From contig JACRJQ010000002.1 in the NCBI GenBank assembly GCA_016215405.1, positions 59,597 to 123,596 of the forward strand: a stretch of DNA of 64,000 nt, read 5' to 3'. Below, piece after piece: positions 54,728 to 64,000 of the stretch (position 1 is the stretch's first letter; each line of letters opens with the position of its first letter). The position numbers and the translations under genes are program-made. Source of the DNA: Candidatus Tayloriibacteriota bacterium (lineage in GTDB: Bacteria > Patescibacteriota > Minisyncoccia > Phycocordibacterales > UBA6065). The notes under the pieces were generated by a model that was given only the letters and a program-made list of their open reading frames with translations, made no database searches and had not been told where the DNA came from.

Positions 54728-57346
54728 CTAGCCCTTCTTCAAGATCTTCTTGAGGTACTTTCCCGTATGGCTCTTCTCGTTCCTGGCGACGTCTTCCGGC
54801 GTCCCTTTCGCGACTATCTGTCCGCCTCCCTCCCCGCCTTCAGGACCCATGTCGATCACGTAATCGGCGCACTTGATGAGGTCGAGGTTGTGCTCGATCA
54901 CGATCACAGTGTTGCCGTGGTCTACGAGCTTTTGGAGTATCTCTATGAGCTTTCTCACATCTTCGTAGTGAAGGCCGACCGTAGGCTCGTCGAGGAGATA
55001 GACGGTGCGGTGGGTGTCGGGCCTGTAAAGCTCCGAAGATATCTTTACTCGCTGAGCCTCGCCTCCCGAAAGGGTCGTCGCCGACTGCCCGAGCTCGAGA
55101 TATCCGAGACCCACATCAGAGAGAGTCCTCATTCGGTCGTATATCGCCGGAATGTCTTCGAAGAACCTGAGGCTCTCTTCGACCGTCATCTGGAGCACCT
55201 CGTAGACGTTCTTTCCTTTGTACTCGATCTCGAGGGTCTCCTTTTGGAACCTCTTCCCCTGGCAGACCTCGCAGGGCACGTAGACCGTAGGGAGAAAATG
55301 CATCTCGACGGCTATCTCTCCGTTTCCTTGGCATGCCTCGCAACGGCCGCCTTTGACGTTGAAGGAGAATCGGTTCGACTTCCAGCCTCGAGCTCGGGCC
55401 TCTGTAGTCTCCGCGAAGAGGTCGCGCACGAACGTCCAGGCGCCGGTATAAGTCATCGGATTGGATCGCGGCGTCCTGCCTATGGGCGATTGGTCTATGA
55501 GTATGGTGCGAGAGACGTATTCGGTCCCGGTGAAAGACGCGGCGTTGAAGACCTCGTTCGTCCTGTGCCTCTTCTCGAGCCTGCCCTGGAGGTTCTTATG
55601 GATTATCTCGTAGAGGAACGAGGACTTTCCCGACCCCGAGACGCCCGTCACGCAGACGAGCTTGGCGAGAGGGATATCGGCATTGAGGTTCTTTATATTG
55701 AAGATATTGCCTCCGCGTACGGATAACTTTCCCTTGTCGTGGTTTCGGCGGGCGTCGGGAAGGTCGACCTTCATCTCGCCTCGCAGGTACGCGAGCGTAA
55801 GCGATTCCGACTTATTGTCTTTGGCCGTGAGCAAAGGCTCGAGATAGTCAGCGACGACGACGTTGCCGCCATGGATGCCCGCGCCTGGCCCGATATCGAC
55901 GATGTAGTCGGACGCGAAGATGGTGTCCTCGTCATGCTCGACCACGAGGATGGTGTTGCCGAGGTCGCGGAGGTTTAGAAGCGTCTTTATGAGACGGTCG
56001 TTATCGCGCTGATGCAGGCCGATGGTCGGCTCGTCGAGGACATAGAGCGCTCCGACGAGTCCCGATCCCAGCTGGGACGCGAGCCTGATGCGCTGGGCCT
56101 CGCCTCCGGAGAGCGTATGGGCGCGGCGGTCGAGCGTGAGGTAGTCGATCCCTACGTCGAGCATGAACTTGAGGCGAGACTCTATCTCGCGCAAGACCAC
56201 TTTCGCTATGCTCTTCTCCTTTTCGGAGAGCTCGATGTCGGCGAAATATCCGAAAGCGTCCGATATAGACATCCTTACCACGTCTACGATCGACCTCCCT
56301 CCGATAAGGACGTGAAGCGCCTCCTCGCGCAGCCTCGCCCCTTTGCATGCGTCGCAGGGCTCGTCGCCGAAGATGTATTTGGTCCCAAGGCCGTTACAGG
56401 TCGGACAAGCGCCGTAGGGCGAGTTGAACGAGAAGAGGCGCGGTTCGACCTCTGGATACGCGTATCCGTCGTACGGACACATGAATTTTACCGACATGAG
56501 GCGCTCGCCCTTAGGCTCGTCTATCTTGATGAGCCCTCCCGACTCGTGTATGGAGCGTTCGACCGCCTCGGAGAGCCTCTCGCGCACGCCCTTCGGATCG
56601 TTCTTGAATTCGCTTATGTAGAACTCGTCGACGAGGAGGTCGATGTCGTGCTTCTTGTTCTTGTCGAGCTCGATCCTCTCACGGAGCTTCTTTACCTGGC
56701 CGTCGACCTTCACGGTCTCGTAGCCTTTGCCGAGATAGTCGTAGAGCATCTGGTAGTATTCCCCCTTTCGCCCGACCACGAGCGGCGCGAATATTCGGAC
56801 CTTATCCTTGTCGACAGGGACCCCCATGACCTTCACCCCTTTATCGCCGGCTCTGTCCGCCTTGGCATGGGTAACGCTCTCGATTATGGTCTCGAGTATC
56901 TCTTCGTTAGAGAGCCTCTTTATCTCGCGGTCGCAGATGAGGCAGTGCGGCCTCCCGACGCGGGCGAAGAGAACTCGGAGATAGTCGTATATCTCGGTGA
57001 TAGTGGCGACCGTCGAGCGCGGATTGTTCGAGCGGGATTTCTGGTCTATGGATATGGCCGGAGAAAGCCCCGCTATCTCGTCGACGTCGGGCTTTTGCAT
57101 CTGGCGAAGGAACTGTCGAGCATACGAGGAGAGCGATTCGACGTAGCGGCGCTGCCCTTCGGCGAAGATGGTATCGAAGGCGAGAGACGACTTTCCCGAC
57201 CCAGAAAGGCCTGTGAACACGACCATCTTGTTGCGAGGCATCTCGACCGTTATGTTCTTGAGGTTGTGGGTGCGCGCTCCCTTTACGACGAGCTTGTCGG
57301 CTCCCGGATTAAAGTCGGCTTTCGAGGTCTTTTTGGCGGCAGACAT
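54728..57346 (-). CDS. uvrA: Excinuclease ABC subunit A
   Basis: GLSGSGKSS, GVSGSGKS, two LSGGEAQR signatures, Zn fingers. Confidence 0.98.
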   Translation of the reverse strand: MSAAKKTSKADFNPGADKLVVKGARTHNLKNITVEMPRNKMVVFTGLSGSGKSSLAFDTIFAEGQRRYVESLSSYARQFLRQMQKPDVDEIAGLSPAISIDQKSRSNNPRSTVATITEIYDYLRVLFARVGRPHCLICDREIKRLSNEEILETIIESVTHAKADRAGDKGVKVMGVPVDKDKVRIFAPLVVGRKGEYYQMLYDYLGKGYETVKVDGQVKKLRERIELDKNKKHDIDLLVDEFYISEFKNDPKGVRERLSEAVERSIHESGGLIKIDEPKGERLMSVKFMCPYDGYAYPEVEPRLFSFNSPYGACPTCNGLGTKYIFGDEPCDACKGARLREEALHVLIGGRSIVDVVRMSISDAFGYFADIELSEKEKSIAKVVLREIESRLKFMLDVGIDYLTLDRRAHTLSGGEAQRIRLASQLGSGLVGALYVLDEPTIGLHQRDNDRLIKTLLNLRDLGNTILVVEHDEDTIFASDYIVDIGPGAGIHGGNVVVADYLEPLLTAKDNKSESLTLAYLRGEMKVDLPDARRNHDKGKLSVRGGNIFNIKNLNADIPLAKLVCVTGVSGSGKSSFLYEIIHKNLQGRLEKRHRTNEVFNAASFTGTEYVSRTILIDQSPIGRTPRSNPMTYTGAWTFVRDLFAETTEARARGWKSNRFSFNVKGGRCEACQGNGEIAVEMHFLPTVYVPCEVCQGKRFQKETLEIEYKGKNVYEVLQMTVEESLRFFEDIPAIYDRMRTLSDVGLGYLELGQSATTLSGGEAQRVKISSELYRPDTHRTVYLLDEPTVGLHYEDVRKLIEILQKLVDHGNTVIVIEHNLDLIKCADYVIDMGPEGGEGGGQIVAKGTPEDVARNEKSHTGKYLKKILKKG

Positions 57347-57549
57347 GGCAGATATATAGGTTTCTCCCCCAGGATGGGTACCTGGGGTTAGTACGGAGAG
57401 TCTAGCAGATTAAGGTCTCGATTTCCATACTGCTCGCCGTTCTAGACCCCAAACAAAGATTCAGACACTTTCTCTCCCCACTCCCTCTTCCACCACCCCA
57501 CCACCCCCTTTTTCCTCTCACTTTCTCTTCTCCTCCCAAAAAGATCCGC

Positions 57550-57585
57550 GCTAAAAACAGTATCATATATGATACTGTTTTTAGC
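57550..57585. repeat. Palindromic repeat copy 3 (36 bp)
   Basis: G-CTAAAAACAGTATCATATATGATACTGTTTTTAG-C. Confidence 0.95.
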
Positions 57586-57623
57586 CCTCTATTCGACGAC
57601 CCCCCAGGCGGATCAGGTTCAAG

Positions 57624-58241
57624 CTAGACGAGCGATTTGATGTCGCGGACAAGCTCGGGGAAATGCTCCTGCCTGAAATGTCCTCCCTCTTTGAATATGA
57701 CAAGCTTTGCCTTAGGAAGCAGCTTCGCATATCTTCTCGCGTGAGAAAGCGGAACCACCTTATCATCCTCGCTTTGATAGATAGATACCTTAGGAACTTG
57801 ATTTTCGAGCCTTCGAAGAGATTTCGGTAGGACCCAACCTGAAATCGCATCGGCCCCCTTATCTTTTTGAGAAAAATAAGGCGCGACAAGATAAAGAGCC
57901 CTCGCGCGCACGGGCAATGCGTTCTCGCTAAGATAACGAGCGAGAAATATGCCTCCAAGGGAATGCCCCACGAGCGTAACGCCGTCTTCAGCGAACTTTA
58001 ACGCCTTATCGAACCACACTTTCCATTCCTCATACCTCGCATGGATCGCCAGCGGCATTTTGGGAGCGAGCACTTCAAATCCTTCTCCGAGATCGGACTG
58101 AAGATTATCCTTCCATCTCTTCGTACCGACAGGTAGAAGATCCTCTTTTTCGATGCCTTCCTTTTTGAGAGCCGCGAAAAATTTTTGCCGCGACTCATAA
58201 AAGTCGCCGCCGTGTATGACGATGAGCTGGCGCTTCTTCAT
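57624..58241 (-). CDS. alpha/beta hydrolase (YdeN/RBBP9-like)
   Basis: IHGG, GHSLG nucleophile elbow, S.DD.VVP, GHF. Confidence 0.88.
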   Translation of the reverse strand: MKKRQLIVIHGGDFYESRQKFFAALKKEGIEKEDLLPVGTKRWKDNLQSDLGEGFEVLAPKMPLAIHARYEEWKVWFDKALKFAEDGVTLVGHSLGGIFLARYLSENALPVRARALYLVAPYFSQKDKGADAISGWVLPKSLRRLENQVPKVSIYQSEDDKVVPLSHARRYAKLLPKAKLVIFKEGGHFRQEHFPELVRDIKSLV

Positions 58242-58242
58242 C

Positions 58243-58632
58243 TTACTTAGCCGCTATCTTCTCTATCTCAGGGACGATCTCGTCGAGGCCGACCGCAGCC
58301 TTTACGATGAACTTCGCGGCTCCGAGCTCCTTGGCTCTCTGTATCTCTTTCTCCTGGCCCAAGTTCGAGAGCACGAGGACAGGGATGTGCCTGGTCTCTG
58401 CGTTCTCCTTGAGCCTCTTCAATATCTCGAGCCCGTCGAGATTCGGCATGAGGAGGTCGAGTATGACGATGTCGGGCTTCTCCGCCTTCACGGCGTCGAC
58501 CGCCTTTGCCCCATCGGTGACCTGCACGAGCTTGGCGCCCGTCTCGCTCATGCGCTTCTCGATAAGCGATACGAGGAATTTATCGTCCTCGACCCAGACT
58601 ATCTTGGCTCCGTTCAGATTGTTCTCTTTCAT
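58243..58632 (-). CDS. Single-domain response regulator
   Basis: VEDD, ILDLLMP.LDG, LSN, K. Confidence 0.93.
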   Translation of the reverse strand: MKENNLNGAKIVWVEDDKFLVSLIEKRMSETGAKLVQVTDGAKAVDAVKAEKPDIVILDLLMPNLDGLEILKRLKENAETRHIPVLVLSNLGQEKEIQRAKELGAAKFIVKAAVGLDEIVPEIEKIAAK

Positions 58633-58647
58633 GGCGTTAAGTATAAC

Positions 58648-60729
58648 CTATTCCGAATCCCGTTTTTTCCCCGACAGCCTCTTCGACTTGTCGACCTTCG
58701 GCTTTACCGGCTCAAGGCCCGCGAGCTTGTCATAGAGGGCTGAGATCTCGTCTCGCAGTATTGCGGCGGTCTCGAAGTCGAGCACCTTTACGGCCTCGTT
58801 CATCGCAGCCTCCTTCTTCTGTATGACCGCCTTAGGATCTTTCGCGAATTCGACCTCGTCTATGCGCAGCTCCTCCGCCACGGCCTTCTTGTGCTCCGTC
58901 TGAAGCTGGTCGGTGATGTCTTTGATAGCCTTCATGATCGTCTTCGGCGTGATGCCGTGCTTCTCGTTGTGCGCCTCCTGTATCGCGCGGCGACGGTTCG
59001 TCTCTTTGACCGCGCGCTCTACGGATCCAGTCATGACGTCGGCATATATGAGGACCCGGCCCTCGACGTTTCGCGCGGCGCGACCGATGATCTGGATAAG
59101 AGACGTCTCTGAGCGCAAAAAACCCTCCTTGTCGGCGTCGAGGATGCCGATGAGCGCGACCTCGGGCAGGTCGAGGCCTTCTCGCAATAGGTTTACTCCC
59201 ACGAGCACGTCGAACTTCCCGCGGCGGAATTCCGTGAGTATGTTTATGCGGTCGATCGTCTTTATGTCGCTGTGGAGATATTCGGACTTGATCTTCCTCT
59301 CTTTGAGGTAATCGACGAGATCCTCGGCCATCTTCTTCGTGAGAGTCGTGAGGATGACGCGGAAGCCCGCTTTGATGGTCTTCTCCGCCTCCGCGATGGA
59401 GTCGGCGATCTGGCCCTTGAAAGCGCCCTTCTCGGTGACGGGGCGTATCTCGACTACCGGATCGAGGAGGCCTGTCGGACGGATGACCTGCTCGACGACC
59501 TGGGTGCTATTCTCCTTCTCGAAAGCGCCCGGCGTCGCCGATGTGTAGATGGCCTGACCGACCCTCTCTTCGAACTCTTCGAATCGCAACGGCCTATTAT
59601 CCTGCGCCGAAGGGAGCCTGAATCCGTGCTCCACCAAGGTCTTTTTGCGCGATTGGTCGCCCGCGAACATGCCTCCGAGCTGGGGTATCGTGACGTGCGA
59701 TTCGTCTATCACCGTAAGAAAATCAGGAGAGCCGTCAGGCTTTCGCGGGAAATACGAGAGGAGCGTGTCAGGCGGCTCTCCCGGAAGCTTTCCCGAAAAA
59801 TGCCTCGAATAGTTCTCGATTCCCGAGCAATATCCGACCTCTCGGATCATGGCGAGGTCGTAATTCGTGCGGCGCTTTAGGCGCTCCGCTTCGAGAAGCT
59901 TACCTTCGGCTTGGAGCTCTTTGAGCCTTGCCTCGAGCTCGGCCTTTATGGTCTTAAATGCCCTCTCCGCTTCCTCTTTTTCGGTGATGAAGTGCTTGGC
60001 CGGGAAAAGGAAAAAAGCGTCGAGCTCCTTTTGTAGCGCGCGGGTGACCGGATCGATCTGATCGATGCGGCCTATGGAATCGCCTTCGAACGATATCCTG
60101 TAGACGACCTTGTCGTTCACCGGCATCACTTCGATCATGTTCCCCACCGCTCGAAGCGTCCCCGGCTCGAGATCGGCGTTCGTCCTCTCGAAATGGATCC
60201 CTATCATGCGGCGGATCATCTCCGCCCTGTCGGCCTTCATCCCCTTTTTCACTTTGAGATTCACCTTCTCGTAGTTCTCCGGTGAGCCGAGACCGTAGAT
60301 ACAAGAGACGGAGGCGACGATTATCACGTCCTTGCGCGTGAGGAGCGCCTGAGTCGAGGCGTGTCGCAGCCTCTCTATCTCCTCGTTTATCATCGACTCT
60401 TTCTCGATATAGGTGTCGGTCACCGGCATATAGGCTTCCGGCTGATAGTAGTCGTAATACGATACGAAATAATGGACGGCGTTCTCCGGAAAGAACTCCC
60501 TGTACTCCTGCGCGAGCTGGGCGGCCAAGGTCTTGTTGTGGGCGATGACGAGGGTAGGCTTTCCTATCTGAGCGATGACGTTCGCGGCGGTGAACGTCTT
60601 TCCCGAGCCCGTCACGCCCAAGAGGGTCTGATGGCGCGCGCCCGACCTAAGCCCCTTTACGAGAGACTCTATCGCTTTGGGCTGGTCGCCCGCTGGCCGA
60701 AACTGCGTATTTATCTTGAACGCTTGCAT
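58648..60729 (-). CDS. uvrB: Excinuclease ABC subunit B
   Basis: GVTGSGKT, YYDYYQPEAY, DESH, LREGLD, C-terminal UVR. Confidence 0.99.
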   Translation of the reverse strand: MQAFKINTQFRPAGDQPKAIESLVKGLRSGARHQTLLGVTGSGKTFTAANVIAQIGKPTLVIAHNKTLAAQLAQEYREFFPENAVHYFVSYYDYYQPEAYMPVTDTYIEKESMINEEIERLRHASTQALLTRKDVIIVASVSCIYGLGSPENYEKVNLKVKKGMKADRAEMIRRMIGIHFERTNADLEPGTLRAVGNMIEVMPVNDKVVYRISFEGDSIGRIDQIDPVTRALQKELDAFFLFPAKHFITEKEEAERAFKTIKAELEARLKELQAEGKLLEAERLKRRTNYDLAMIREVGYCSGIENYSRHFSGKLPGEPPDTLLSYFPRKPDGSPDFLTVIDESHVTIPQLGGMFAGDQSRKKTLVEHGFRLPSAQDNRPLRFEEFEERVGQAIYTSATPGAFEKENSTQVVEQVIRPTGLLDPVVEIRPVTEKGAFKGQIADSIAEAEKTIKAGFRVILTTLTKKMAEDLVDYLKERKIKSEYLHSDIKTIDRINILTEFRRGKFDVLVGVNLLREGLDLPEVALIGILDADKEGFLRSETSLIQIIGRAARNVEGRVLIYADVMTGSVERAVKETNRRRAIQEAHNEKHGITPKTIMKAIKDITDQLQTEHKKAVAEELRIDEVEFAKDPKAVIQKKEAAMNEAVKVLDFETAAILRDEISALYDKLAGLEPVKPKVDKSKRLSGKKRDSE

Positions 60730-60833
60730 GTGAGGATACTACGAGACATCCACTATATCGCGGCCTCATCAAATACAAAAGCCCGGCCACAGCCCTGTCC
60801 CACAGGCCCTATTTTCCATATTTACACACATCT

Positions 60834-60862
60834 TTGACTAAGTATCAAATATGTGCTATTAT
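60834..60862 (+). promoter_or_regulatory. sigma70 promoter
   Basis: TTGACT-17-TATTAT with TG. Confidence 0.6.
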
Positions 60863-60922
60863 TAAATAGATTCCCTCGGATTTTCTTGAACCTTAAACCC
60901 CAACCACCATTCCCCTACTCTT

Positions 60923-61930
60923 ATGAGCCCTGTCAGAAAAACCGCCCCGACCGGCGCTACGGTCGAAATCACGCGAGGCATGCCTGAACAGCACGTCGCT
61001 CGCTTTCTCGAAAAGATGCTCGACCATCTCAAGCTCACGGGGAGCTTCCAGCTCCACGTGCAGCAAAAGATCAAGGGCAGCGAACACCACCGCGGCGCGG
61101 AATGCGAAGGTATCGTCCAATACAACGCAGTCCGCCTAAAGGTCCAGACCAGCGACAACGGTTCCCGCTACCTCTGCTACCTCCGTTCGGAGGAGATGAA
61201 GCCGCGAGACCTAAGCAGCCGGATCATGAGCATCCTCCCTGGAGGCTGCTTCGATGAGAGCATGCTCAAGCCCAAGGAACGCCCCGCGGACGCCGCCGAC
61301 GCGCAAGCGCCGGCAGCAGAAGCGGCGCCGAGCGCTCCGAAAGAGAAGGTGTCTCTCTCGGGCGTCGCGGACGACCCAATCCAAGTCGCGATGTTCCTGA
61401 TCTCGATCAGGCTCAAGCACGGCATGGATTCGTTCGACACGAAGTCCTTCATGGGCATCGCGCGCGAATACGCCCCGACGGCCAACAAGGCGACGACGAG
61501 CCAGCTGTTGCGGCGGATCGTCGCGAACGGCTACCTCTCGACGGAAGGCGACGGCCTGAAAAAGCGCTATCGCTTCTCGCCCGAAGGCGTGCGTCTCCTC
61601 GCGGAACATGACAAGTTCGTAGCGGAGAGCGCCCGGACGGCTCTCAACGTCACGGACACGAACGCTCTCTCAGAGCAGTTCGTGGCGCTCGAGGCCCGGG
61701 CCCGCCAGCATGCAGAGGCGGCCCAGCGGCTGGTGGACCTCAACTCCGAGATCGGAAGCGAGACCTGTCGCATCGAGGAGATCGAGCGCCAGCTCGAAGC
61801 GGCGAAGGCCCGCCGCGAGGATCTGCGAAAGCAGGCTTCCGCGGAGCAAAAGATCATCGAAGACCCGGCCCTCACGGCGGCGCTCGCGAACTATCAGGCG
61901 GTCCAAAAGATCCTGAAGTCCACGAGCTGA
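60923..61930 (+). CDS. Hypothetical protein (possible winged helix plus C-terminal coiled coil)
   Basis: Long ORF with promoter and terminator; LRRIVANGYL...YRFSPEG is wHTH-like. Confidence 0.7.
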   Translation: MSPVRKTAPTGATVEITRGMPEQHVARFLEKMLDHLKLTGSFQLHVQQKIKGSEHHRGAECEGIVQYNAVRLKVQTSDNGSRYLCYLRSEEMKPRDLSSRIMSILPGGCFDESMLKPKERPADAADAQAPAAEAAPSAPKEKVSLSGVADDPIQVAMFLISIRLKHGMDSFDTKSFMGIAREYAPTANKATTSQLLRRIVANGYLSTEGDGLKKRYRFSPEGVRLLAEHDKFVAESARTALNVTDTNALSEQFVALEARARQHAEAAQRLVDLNSEIGSETCRIEEIERQLEAAKARREDLRKQASAEQKIIEDPALTAALANYQAVQKILKSTS

Positions 61931-61949
61931 CCGAAGACGAGCCGGCTGC

Positions 61950-61987
61950 AAGCCCGCGACCACTACACGTAGTCGCGGGCTTTTTTA
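61950..61987 (+). terminator. Rho-independent terminator
   Basis: AAGCCCGCGAC/GTCGCGGGCTT plus T-tract. Confidence 0.8.
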
Positions 61988-62052
61988 TCCAAAACAAAAC
62001 AGGCGCGAGGGGTCGCGCCTGTCGTAAATTCGTTTCAGGGTTTCCGAGATGA

Positions 62053-62550
62053 TCAGGACGGCCAGGGGGCGGGCATGGGCGGAAGGCACATGACCGTCTG
62101 GTCTTTGCGGTGCCGCGGCGCCTCAGTCCTGGCGCTCTGCGGCGGCCGATATCCCCGGGAGAGAAGGCGCGGAGCTTCGACGTCGGAGTCTTTCTCGCGC
62201 GCCGCCTTCTGGAGCATCTGCTTTGCCTTCTTCCAAGAGACGTCTTCGGGCTTGCGGCCGCCGAAGAATTCGAAGACGGCCCGCTTGATCCCGGCCCAAG
62301 AGCGCCGCTCCTTGTGCCGGCGCGACTCGCTCTTGGCGAAATCCTCCAAAAGAAGGAGGATGTCCTCCGTCTTCGAGAATCGGACTTCCGTGCGGACGGT
62401 CTGGCCTTCGACTTCTGCCCAAAAGGCTTGGCCGTGCGCGAAACCTTCGGTCGGAACATGGAAGCCATGCTCCGCGCACCAGATCTTGACGTCGGCGATG
62501 CCTTTGCGTTTCGGATTCTTCCTGCGATATACGGCGATAACTGTGTCCAT
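62053..62550 (-). CDS. Hypothetical protein
   Basis: Most protein-like frame in this region; no motif recognised. Confidence 0.45.
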   Translation of the reverse strand: MDTVIAVYRRKNPKRKGIADVKIWCAEHGFHVPTEGFAHGQAFWAEVEGQTVRTEVRFSKTEDILLLLEDFAKSESRRHKERRSWAGIKRAVFEFFGGRKPEDVSWKKAKQMLQKAAREKDSDVEAPRLLSRGYRPPQSARTEAPRHRKDQTVMCLPPMPAPWPS

Positions 62551-62664
62551 GAGGTAATGATGTTCGTTGTTGGTTTTGAAGCCGAACTCTCGCTCGAGAG
62601 CTCGCCAAGAGGCCCTTACAGGCTCCTAGGCGAGCCCTCGAGGCTTGAAGAAGCATCGAGGGGG

Positions 62665-62871
62665 TCAGTCATTCGCATTTCGGGCGCTTCCGGAGCGGAA
62701 CACTCGGTCGAGAAGATTCACGGGGGTCGGGATGCCGGCGAGCGTGTTCGCGACGACGACTCCGTCCCCTCTCTTCCAGACTTGCCTTCCCCAGACTACA
62801 GGGTAAGCGGCTCTCAACTGCCTTACGGCGCCGAGGGTGCGGGATACTGGCCTTTTTGACTCAGGATTCAT
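62665..62871 (-). CDS. Small hypothetical protein
   Basis: AAGGAGGT SD just upstream of the ATG at 62871. Confidence 0.45.
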   Translation of the reverse strand: MNPESKRPVSRTLGAVRQLRAAYPVVWGRQVWKRGDGVVVANTLAGIPTPVNLLDRVFRSGSARNAND

Positions 62872-63168
62872 GGTTACCTCCTTTCCTGAACGTGCATGTG
62901 CGGACAAAGAACGAACCGAGCCCTCGTTCGAGGGCTCGGTTCTGATTTCGTGGGGATAGTTTTGAGATTATCGCACAAAGTCACAACTGAGGCCTCGAAC
63001 TCGCGTCCTAAGGACCTTCGTAATGTGATTAAACTTTGCGCAATAATTCTTCATTGCCCCATAACGATACGCCAGAAAGGGGTTTCCCGCAAGGGCCGGC
63101 TGTTGATATCTGCGCGAAAGAAAAAGGCCCCGAGCGTTCTCAGGGCCCTCGAATCGGCGCTACCGATC

Positions 63169-63408
63169 TCAAAAGCTGGCGATCCCTCTCGATTCGAGGA
63201 CCCGCCTGTAGGGCCCGAGGTCGAGCCCTATCGGGTGCCACACCTGGTATACGCCGTTGTAGACGAGAGTCACATCTTGGCCGTTCTGACCTATGACGTA
63301 TCCGTATTGGCCAGCGACGGGATTCTCGTATGGTTTAGCGTATGTTCTGTCCTTGAACACCGTCTTCTGCGAGAGCTCTCCTCCGAATAAGATCCATTGA
63401 TTCATCAT
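63169..63408 (-). CDS. Small hypothetical protein
   Basis: MMNQWILF...; terminator-like hairpin at about 63120-63147. Confidence 0.5.
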   Translation of the reverse strand: MMNQWILFGGELSQKTVFKDRTYAKPYENPVAGQYGYVIGQNGQDVTLVYNGVYQVWHPIGLDLGPYRRVLESRGIASF

Positions 63409-63516
63409 CTCGGTCCCCTTTTTGGTTGTTTCTATGCTGGGATTTCTGCTCGCGGGCATATGCCTGCGAACCCTTGTACTACGAGCCCTGCCGTCCTCCT
63501 TGTTGCCTTAAGCAAC

Positions 63517-63944
63517 AAAAAGCCCGGAAGCGCGCGTAGACGCGCCCCCGGGCTGACCAAAAACATGGAATGAAAGGTCTACGAGACCCTACCTGATTTA
63601 GACCTTTAAGATCCCCGCCAGAAATTGGGACCTCGGCTTGAAGCGGTCAGTTAGACTTCGCGCGCGAGCGCTCCGTCAAGTAGACCAGCATTTGGCCGGA
63701 CGAACTATCGGTTAGACGCAGCTGCTATTGCCTCTGCGAATCTCCGACAACCGGACTGTCTCGTGGTGACCCGACCCGCGCTTTACCGGCGCGGGCGGAT
63801 AGGGCCAATGCCTTGCAGCAAGGGCAACCTGATCATTCCACTTCCATTTCCATGTTTTTTCATGTCGTTTCTTTGTTTTTTGTTGCGGACATGCGCCGAA
63901 GCGCATGCCAAATTGGTGATAAACAAAAGAAACAAGAACGGCCT
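63517..63944 (-). ncRNA. Candidate structured non-coding RNA (about 430 nt)
   Basis: Promoter TTTACA-16-TAGAAT, multiple hairpins, long-range 12-bp IR, terminator, no credible ORF. Confidence 0.4.
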
Positions 63945-64000
63945 CGATCAATTCTAATCCCTTAAACCGATTTGTAAAGATATGAAAGGGCCGTGCTCGG

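Noticed and set aside
63712-63957. Short ORFs 63712-63951 (-) and 63763-63957 (+)
   Set aside because: Atypical composition, and the minus ORF start overlaps the -10 box; RNA structure explains the region better
1-64000. Alternative genetic code (UGA=Gly) as in some CPR lineages
   Set aside because: Conserved genes are uninterrupted under code 11, and ddl ends at TGA at the expected length

Overview
The window looks like chromosome of a Patescibacteria (CPR, Parcubacteria-like) bacterium using genetic code 11; this is inferred from gene content (short AlaRS, Nudix-containing LeuRS, FtsA-like pair, sigma-r4/HTH protein, type IV pilin). Most genes lie on the minus strand. Housekeeping content: dnaJ/dnaK/grpE, infA-rpmJ-rpsM-rpsK-rpsD-rpoA-rplQ-rplM-rpsI, alaS, leuS, mnmA, mltG, ychF, zwf, ddl, a glycogen cluster, many DNA-repair genes (udg, MGMT, umuD-like/dinB, uvrABC) and four clustered tRNAs. 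The best candidate for a new system is at 1-3250: a tightly packed operon of a divergent NMP kinase, an atypical tRNA-Thr(CGU) hidden inside a predicted ORF, a Rossmann(PvcA/CDPS-like)::DUF2156 aminoacyl-tRNA-transferase fusion and a DegT-type aminotransferase that runs off the window edge. It suggests tRNA-dependent, non-ribosomal threonyl transfer with a dedicated tRNA. Other notable items: a natively pre-cleaved UmuD'-like gene under a GAAC-N4-GTTC box; a structured repeat element behind rpsI and tRNA-Ala that carries an inverted copy of the upstream gene's 3' end; three copies of a 34-bp perfect palindrome; an in-frame palindromic insert in mnmA; AT-rich patches inside alaS and leuS; and a candidate ~430-nt ncRNA at the right edge. 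All family assignments come from motif recognition by eye; no database searches were run.
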